DNA of 64,000 nt from Gammaproteobacteria bacterium (GTDB lineage: Bacteria; Pseudomonadota; Gammaproteobacteria; Eutrophobiales; Eutrophobiaceae), in NCBI GenBank assembly GCA_965222155.1, contig CBDCTH010000012.1:672001-736000 (forward strand), read 5' to 3'. Position numbers and translations under genes: made by a program. This document shows positions 58,819-64,000 of the stretch, piece by piece; position 1 is the first letter of the stretch; each line of letters begins with the position of its first letter. The notes beneath the pieces were generated by a model. The model worked only from the letters and a program-made list of their open reading frames with translations. It made no database searches and was not told the DNA's origin.

Positions 58819-60213
58819 ATGACCAGTAACTGTATCAATCTATCACTTCAACGCTTTACACTCCTCGGCAAAACTCTCGCAGGTTTCATACTGCTGCTAG
58901 TCTCAATAGACGCTAACGCCGCCGTGGAACAGGAAATACAGTTCGTATTCAATACCTTTTCATTCCTTGTCTGGGGCGCGCTCGTGATGTGGATGTGCGC
59001 CGGTTTCACCATGCTCGAAGCGGGTTCGGTGCGCACCAAGAACGCTTCGGTTATCTGCCTGAAGAACATCGGTATTTATTCCATCGCCGGCCTTATGTAC
59101 TACTTCGTGGGCTACAATCTCATGTATACGGATGTGTCCGGGTGGATCGGCTCTTTCACCTTTCTCTACGGCCCGTCGGCGGACGAGCTTGCTTTGCTGT
59201 CCGGTGATGAGAATGCGAAAGCCGCGGTGATCGATAACGGTTATTCCGTAATGTCCGACTGGTTCTTCCAGATGGTGTTTGTCGCGACCACGGCATCCAT
59301 TATTTCCGGCACCATGGCTGAACGGGTGCGGCTGTGGTCATTTTTTCTCTTTACTATTTTTCTGACCGGTCTCATTTATCCTCTCGTCGGCGCCTGGACC
59401 TGGGGCGGCGGCTGGCTCAATGAAATGGGCTTTCAGGATTTTGCCGGGTCCACTATTGTCCACTCGACCGGCGGCTGGGCAGCGCTGGCCGGCGCCCTGG
59501 TAGTAGGTCCGAGATTAGGCAAATTCCGTCCTGACGGCAGTGTCAAGTCCACGCCGCCATCGAACGTCCCTATCGTGACCCTGGGTGTTTTTATCCTGTG
59601 GCTCGGTTGGTTCGGCTTCAACGGCGGGTCGCAACTCGCCTTGGGCGGTGCAGCCGATGCAGTGGCAATGAGCAACGTGCTGGTCAATACCAACCTGGCG
59701 GCGGCGGCCGGGGTTATGGCGGCTATCAGCGTATCACGGCCTCTCCTGGGACGGATTGATCTGCTCGCCGGACTGAACGGCGCAATAGCCGGGCTGGTCT
59801 CAATTACCGCGGGCCCGGATATCGTCGCTCATTACTGGGCGGTCGCTATCGGGATGGTCGGGGGCGTTATCTGCGTGGTCGCAATGAAGCTCCTGGAAAC
59901 ATGGAAAGTGGATGACGTAGTCGGCGCGATCCCTGCGCACCTGTTTGCCGGTGTCTGGGGTACCCTGGCAGTCTGCATTGCGGCCGGCGGCGACATCATG
60001 GTGCAGCTCACCGGCGTGCTTGCGGTCGGGGCGTTTGTCTTCCTGACTTCATTAGTCTTGTGGTTTGCCATTGAGAAGACTATAGGAGTCCGGGTAACTG
60101 CCGCTGTTGAAGAGGTAGGCCAGGATTCGGCGGAACTCGGGATCGAATCCTATCCCGAGTTTGCACTGATGCCGGATGTGGATGATGTTGATTTTCTGAC
60201 CAGGGAAGATTGA
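58819..60213 (+). CDS. amt: Ammonium transporter (Amt family)
   Basis: FFQMVF, DFAGSTIVH, WFGFNGGS, DDVVGAIPAH; RBS GGAGG. Confidence 0.93.
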   Translation: MTSNCINLSLQRFTLLGKTLAGFILLLVSIDANAAVEQEIQFVFNTFSFLVWGALVMWMCAGFTMLEAGSVRTKNASVICLKNIGIYSIAGLMYYFVGYNLMYTDVSGWIGSFTFLYGPSADELALLSGDENAKAAVIDNGYSVMSDWFFQMVFVATTASIISGTMAERVRLWSFFLFTIFLTGLIYPLVGAWTWGGGWLNEMGFQDFAGSTIVHSTGGWAALAGALVVGPRLGKFRPDGSVKSTPPSNVPIVTLGVFILWLGWFGFNGGSQLALGGAADAVAMSNVLVNTNLAAAAGVMAAISVSRPLLGRIDLLAGLNGAIAGLVSITAGPDIVAHYWAVAIGMVGGVICVVAMKLLETWKVDDVVGAIPAHLFAGVWGTLAVCIAAGGDIMVQLTGVLAVGAFVFLTSLVLWFAIEKTIGVRVTAAVEEVGQDSAELGIESYPEFALMPDVDDVDFLTRED

Positions 60214-60294
60214 ACTCCGCTAATTTAGCGGGGCCAAGTAAATAATCCGGTTCGCAATATTCCAGGGAGGGGATAGCTGAAAGAAGGTGTACAA

Positions 60295-60474
60295 ATGAAT
60301 CCTGCAGATGAAACGAAAATCATAGTAGCCGATATTAAGATGCCATTCATCTCAATGGTCGTTTTCATGGTCAAATGGGCGATAGCGGCAATTCCGGCGA
60401 TTATCATTTTGTTTATATTGGGTGCAATCCTGTCCGGTATATTCGGCAGTTTATCTCTCGGCATCGGTGTATAA
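60295..60474 (+). CDS. Small membrane protein (not in ORF track)
   Basis: 59 aa MNPADETKIIVADIKMPFISMVVFMVKWAIAAIPAII...; AAGG RBS. Confidence 0.7.
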   Translation: MNPADETKIIVADIKMPFISMVVFMVKWAIAAIPAIIILFILGAILSGIFGSLSLGIGV

Positions 60475-60527
60475 GGTGGTACCTCTTTGTGACCGTCGCC
60501 ATGGAATCAGCCCGCGCTGGGGTTGGG

Positions 60528-61868
60528 TTAATCCACTATACGGATTTTATTACCTACTGTATTCACCGGTTCGCCGTTTTCAAAACGTGGCCGGTAGATG
60601 CGCCCGCGGATCGTTTTCTTGGCATTTCTGCGGGCGGAGGTAGCATCCGGCGGCTCCGATTCGAGAATCTGTACATTTTTTGCACGGCCGGTGCTGGATA
60701 CGTCAAATGACGCGAGAACGGAAGTTGTCTTCTCCTGTTCCAGTTTGTCATCGACTTCGGGTAACGGCAGCCGTAGCGCCGGCAAATTCTGTGGCTTGCC
60801 GAATAATTCTTCAATCACTTCCTGGTGTTCACCGGTATCAGCCAGGAGTTGATAAGCGGATTTATAGTTCTTGTGGGCCGTGGTTTTCTTGCCTCTCAGG
60901 AGATTCCAGTCACCCAGGTGCACCAAGGCCCTGGCATGGGAATCCCTGGGCAGGTCAGGATTAGTCTCATGTATCTGCACAATTTGTTTCAACGCTTTGC
61001 CCACTGCAACGATACGTTGCCCCAGGGCGAAGTCCTTACTGCTGGACTGGCTGGCATAATAGCTTGGGTCGGGTACCCTTATGGTGTTACAGATACGTCT
61101 GGCGCCGCCGTTGGCTGTCGGAACGGTACGGCATATCACCTGGGTCCGGGTCGGACTACCGGCGCCGTGAAACTCATCCTGCGGGGTATTGGCGACTTCG
61201 ATGGCATACTGGTAATTTGTCAATGCCCTGCCGTAGAGCGGGTTGATCAGCCTTGGATCATTCTCACCATACTGGCGTTCCAGGATAACAATCGTATCCC
61301 GGAACAGTTTTTCGGATTCACCGATAGTACTGATTGCGCTGCTGTCCAGCAGGTCTTCCTTGTAGGCTTTCAGCTTCCAGCGCCCGACCGTATCGACGAC
61401 GGGTAACAGACGCGGGTCGCCGGCATCATAATTGCGCTTGTTTATCCATAGCAGTTGTTGATAGTTCTGATCCACTTCCTCCCAGTTGGCACTGGCGATA
61501 TTGCTTTTGATGAGTTGCTCTAAAATGAGCAGTTGGCTGGTACTGTAGAGTCCTTCATTGACCCGCTTGATTTGCAGGGCGCGTGTGAATGCCTCAACGG
61601 CTTCATCATGCTTTCCGTCGTTTTGGTAGACCAGACCGACGGATAACAGAAATTCACCCGTAGCGGGGTCGTAAACGCCATGTTCAGCCTCCCGGGCCTG
61701 GATTTCCCGCTCGTATTCCGCTATGGATTGAGAGAGATTAACCTGAGCTTGAGAATCTCTGCTGACTGAGGTGCTGTCTGCTTGACTTTCCCCGGCATGG
61801 GTGTAAGGCAGGCACACCAGAGAGAGAGAAGCAAGCGCTATTCTGATTTGAAATAAGCCAGGTTTCAT
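60528..61868 (-). CDS. Exported TPR protein with TonB C-terminal-like domain
   Basis: Signal peptide, TPR-like helices, C-terminal FDVSSTG...YRPRFENGEPV. Confidence 0.8.
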   Translation of the reverse strand: MKPGLFQIRIALASLSLVCLPYTHAGESQADSTSVSRDSQAQVNLSQSIAEYEREIQAREAEHGVYDPATGEFLLSVGLVYQNDGKHDEAVEAFTRALQIKRVNEGLYSTSQLLILEQLIKSNIASANWEEVDQNYQQLLWINKRNYDAGDPRLLPVVDTVGRWKLKAYKEDLLDSSAISTIGESEKLFRDTIVILERQYGENDPRLINPLYGRALTNYQYAIEVANTPQDEFHGAGSPTRTQVICRTVPTANGGARRICNTIRVPDPSYYASQSSSKDFALGQRIVAVGKALKQIVQIHETNPDLPRDSHARALVHLGDWNLLRGKKTTAHKNYKSAYQLLADTGEHQEVIEELFGKPQNLPALRLPLPEVDDKLEQEKTTSVLASFDVSSTGRAKNVQILESEPPDATSARRNAKKTIRGRIYRPRFENGEPVNTVGNKIRIVD

Positions 61869-62027
61869 TATACCGTCACATACTTTTGGTTATCATTACG
61901 ATCCTGGACTTCCGGGATAGTTCATGATTAAAGTATAGCACCACTAAGCGGTATTTCTCACCAATGGGTTTGATGAGGACGGCCTGGATTCAATAGAACG
62001 CAGTTGCCCTGAGGTTAAGCGCGGTGT

Positions 62028-62666
62028 TTAAGGCGGCGGCTCCAAAATCCGGATCTGCAGGGCCTTGCATGAATGATCGTTGATTGCTGATATATCATCC
62101 GGGCATGCTGAAGCAGCCACTAAAACATCCATCTCAGCCAGAAACTCTATATAGTCGCCTTTTTCGGTACGGGGAGGGTCGATGCGTATGGCGCCCTCAC
62201 CCCCGGGGTCGATTCTGACATTGGCAAAAGCGTTGAAAACACTGGGACTATATATATCTTCAAGTTCCAGGCCAAATTCCCCCAGAGCGTCGGTAAAATT
62301 ATCGCTGCAGCTTCGATGACCCGGCGCCTTCCAGATGTCCATCATGGTCCTGGTGCAGTGTGGACCCAGGAAATGATCGCCGATTTTGTTATCAATAACA
62401 GTTAACATCACGTTTTCATATGGAACCTTGGAATAGAGCTTACCAAGCCTGTAATGGCTGCCCATGCCGGATGGATGGAAATAATTCAGGCCTCCGGAGA
62501 ACTCGGCCATGAACTGTTCCTTGTAATTGTGTGCGTTCAGGAATATGAGACCGGCAACTTGTTTTCCTTGATGTTCAATGACGCGAAACGCCTGACCCTT
62601 GTTGACCCTGAAGGCCTTGCCAGTGCACTTGGGGATGATGAATTCATTAATCACCTTCGAGGTCAT
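62028..62666 (-). CDS. DUF1989 (urea carboxylase-associated family) protein
   Basis: GKQVA, SCSDNF, GDYIEFLAEMDVLVAASACP. Confidence 0.85.
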   Translation of the reverse strand: MTSKVINEFIIPKCTGKAFRVNKGQAFRVIEHQGKQVAGLIFLNAHNYKEQFMAEFSGGLNYFHPSGMGSHYRLGKLYSKVPYENVMLTVIDNKIGDHFLGPHCTRTMMDIWKAPGHRSCSDNFTDALGEFGLELEDIYSPSVFNAFANVRIDPGGEGAIRIDPPRTEKGDYIEFLAEMDVLVAASACPDDISAINDHSCKALQIRILEPPP

Positions 62667-62672
62667 CGTTTC

Positions 62673-63326
62673 TTATTCCTTCCATTCCAAGACCTGAAAC
62701 CTTAAGGCTTTGGCTTTAAAATCATTGCACGGACTTGTTTCATCCGGACATACCGAGAAAACGGCAATGACATCCATCTCCGCCAGAAAGTCTATATAGT
62801 CCCCCGTTTCCGCAAGGGGACGGGCAAAGTTCATGCCGCCATCTTCACCAAGCCACGAGTTCATCCAGACGTTGAAGATAGTTTCGTCATAGGTGTCTTC
62901 CTGCTTCAGGCCAATCTCTCTGAAAGCATCGGCAAAGTTATCGCTGCAGGTCCTGGTCCCCGGGAGGCCAAGATGTTCCAGTAATCGATTTGAGCAGTGA
63001 CACATCATTAAATGGCCGGCTCTTTCTCCCCCCCTGGCGCCGTCGCCAACTTTGTCATCGACGACGGTTGCCATGACATTCTCATAGGGAGGCTTGGAGT
63101 AGAGTTTGGTGAGCCGATAATAGCCACCTGTCCCCTGCATACTGTTCAGCATGGCGGAATACTCGGCGGCGAAGTGCTCCTTATAATTGTGCGCGTTTAA
63201 AAAAGTAAGATCGACTACCTGTTTCCCTTCATGCTCGATAACACGAAACACTTGGCCCTTCTCCACCCTCATCGTCTTACCCGTACTTCTGGGCACAACG
63301 AGATCCTGGATGACTTCCCACCCCAT
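62673..63326 (-). CDS. DUF1989 family protein, paralog
   Basis: GKQVVD, TCSDNF, AEMDVIAVFSVCP; start may extend to 63350. Confidence 0.85.
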   Translation of the reverse strand: MGWEVIQDLVVPRSTGKTMRVEKGQVFRVIEHEGKQVVDLTFLNAHNYKEHFAAEYSAMLNSMQGTGGYYRLTKLYSKPPYENVMATVVDDKVGDGARGGERAGHLMMCHCSNRLLEHLGLPGTRTCSDNFADAFREIGLKQEDTYDETIFNVWMNSWLGEDGGMNFARPLAETGDYIDFLAEMDVIAVFSVCPDETSPCNDFKAKALRFQVLEWKE

Positions 63327-63340
63327 GGTTGTTTTATTTC

Positions 63341-63676
63341 CTACGGCCACTCAAAGATCAGTCTCGAAGGCGGCCCGGGAGGAGGTTGAGATAAATCAAT
63401 GCCCAGAGTTTCCCTGAGAAAATTCTTTTGCATGACTGGAAGCGCTTGTTCCGATTGGGAGAATTCCCGGAGCATGGAAAACGGGTCATCGGATTGAAAT
63501 ACCAGGATAAGCAAATCCCCTTGAGGCGTTTCCTGTATATGCCAGCTCTCATGCAATATGCTGAAACCTTTTAGCGTATCTTCAAATTCTTCATGTTCAA
63601 CAGCTTCTGCAAGATGTTGCTCCAACGCTTTTGTTTTTCCCGGCGGGACCGGAACTGCCATTGCCAGAACAGGCAT
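63341..63676 (-). CDS. Hypothetical small alpha/beta protein
   Basis: 111 aa with AGGAG RBS, co-oriented in operon. Confidence 0.7.
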   Translation of the reverse strand: MPVLAMAVPVPPGKTKALEQHLAEAVEHEEFEDTLKGFSILHESWHIQETPQGDLLILVFQSDDPFSMLREFSQSEQALPVMQKNFLRETLGIDLSQPPPGPPSRLIFEWP

Positions 63677-63768
63677 GAGTGTCTCCTTTATTGGTAAAAA
63701 GAAAAGTTACTTGCTCAATGTTCAGCTTGATTGATTCAGCCAGGATTATTCTGTACCGGACATCATCT

Positions 63769-64000
63769 TCAGACTTCCGGCGGACCAGCCTGAATCTGTT
63801 CGCGCACCTGCCCCAACGTTCCGGGTCTGCCACACTCAAGCCATTCGAACCACCAGGTGGCGCCGGCGTCCCGGTAGGACTGTAACCTGCTGCGCGCTTC
63901 ATCCCTCTCCATTCCGTATGTGATGCCAGAGGCGATAACATCAAATGGCTCATCTGTGTCGCGTAAATCCGCTGTAAACCTGACCACTTCACGGATCTGT
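63769..64000 (-). CDS. C-terminal part of LLM-class flavin-dependent oxidoreductase (truncated by window edge)
   Basis: ...PFDVIASG...YRDAGATWWFEW...IQAGPP. Confidence 0.7.
   Translation of the reverse strand, partial: QIREVVRFTADLRDTDEPFDVIASGITYGMERDEARSRLQSYRDAGATWWFEWLECGRPGTLGQVREQIQAGPPEV

Noticed and set aside
61945-61963. TAAGCGGTATTTCTCACCA resembling the MITE terminal repeat
   Set aside because: Single degenerate end, no partner or internal sequence; at most a remnant

Overview
Chromosomal window from what appears to be a Gammaproteobacterium (inferred from gene content and order: rpsU-dnaG-rpoD, tsaD/plsY/folB/folK, cca, groESL, rho-trxA, lysA, glnA-ntrBC, hemB, prpBC, purM-hda-wrbA-arsC-proS, ilvIHC-pssA). 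Most of it is core genes. The notable signal is non-coding. (1) A tRNA-Ile(CAU) gene downstream of rpoD is split by a 249-nt group I intron. (2) The adjacent ~3.3 kb is an insertion hotspot with a complete IS21-family element, a MITE and an orphan structured RNA resembling an IS110/IS1111 non-coding end. (3) At least six families of small inverted-repeat elements (REP/REPIN/MITE-like) are scattered through the window. They nest inside each other, show within-copy arm co-variation, supply the stop codons and an identical YLGSE tail to two convergent genes, and supply a replacement start codon to hemH. Accessory genes include a catalase with an OxyR-like site, a bacterial cereblon-like protein, a lone sat, and an LLM-oxidoreductase/DUF1989-pair cluster at the right edge. 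All calls come from manual reading and motif recognition; no database searches were run.
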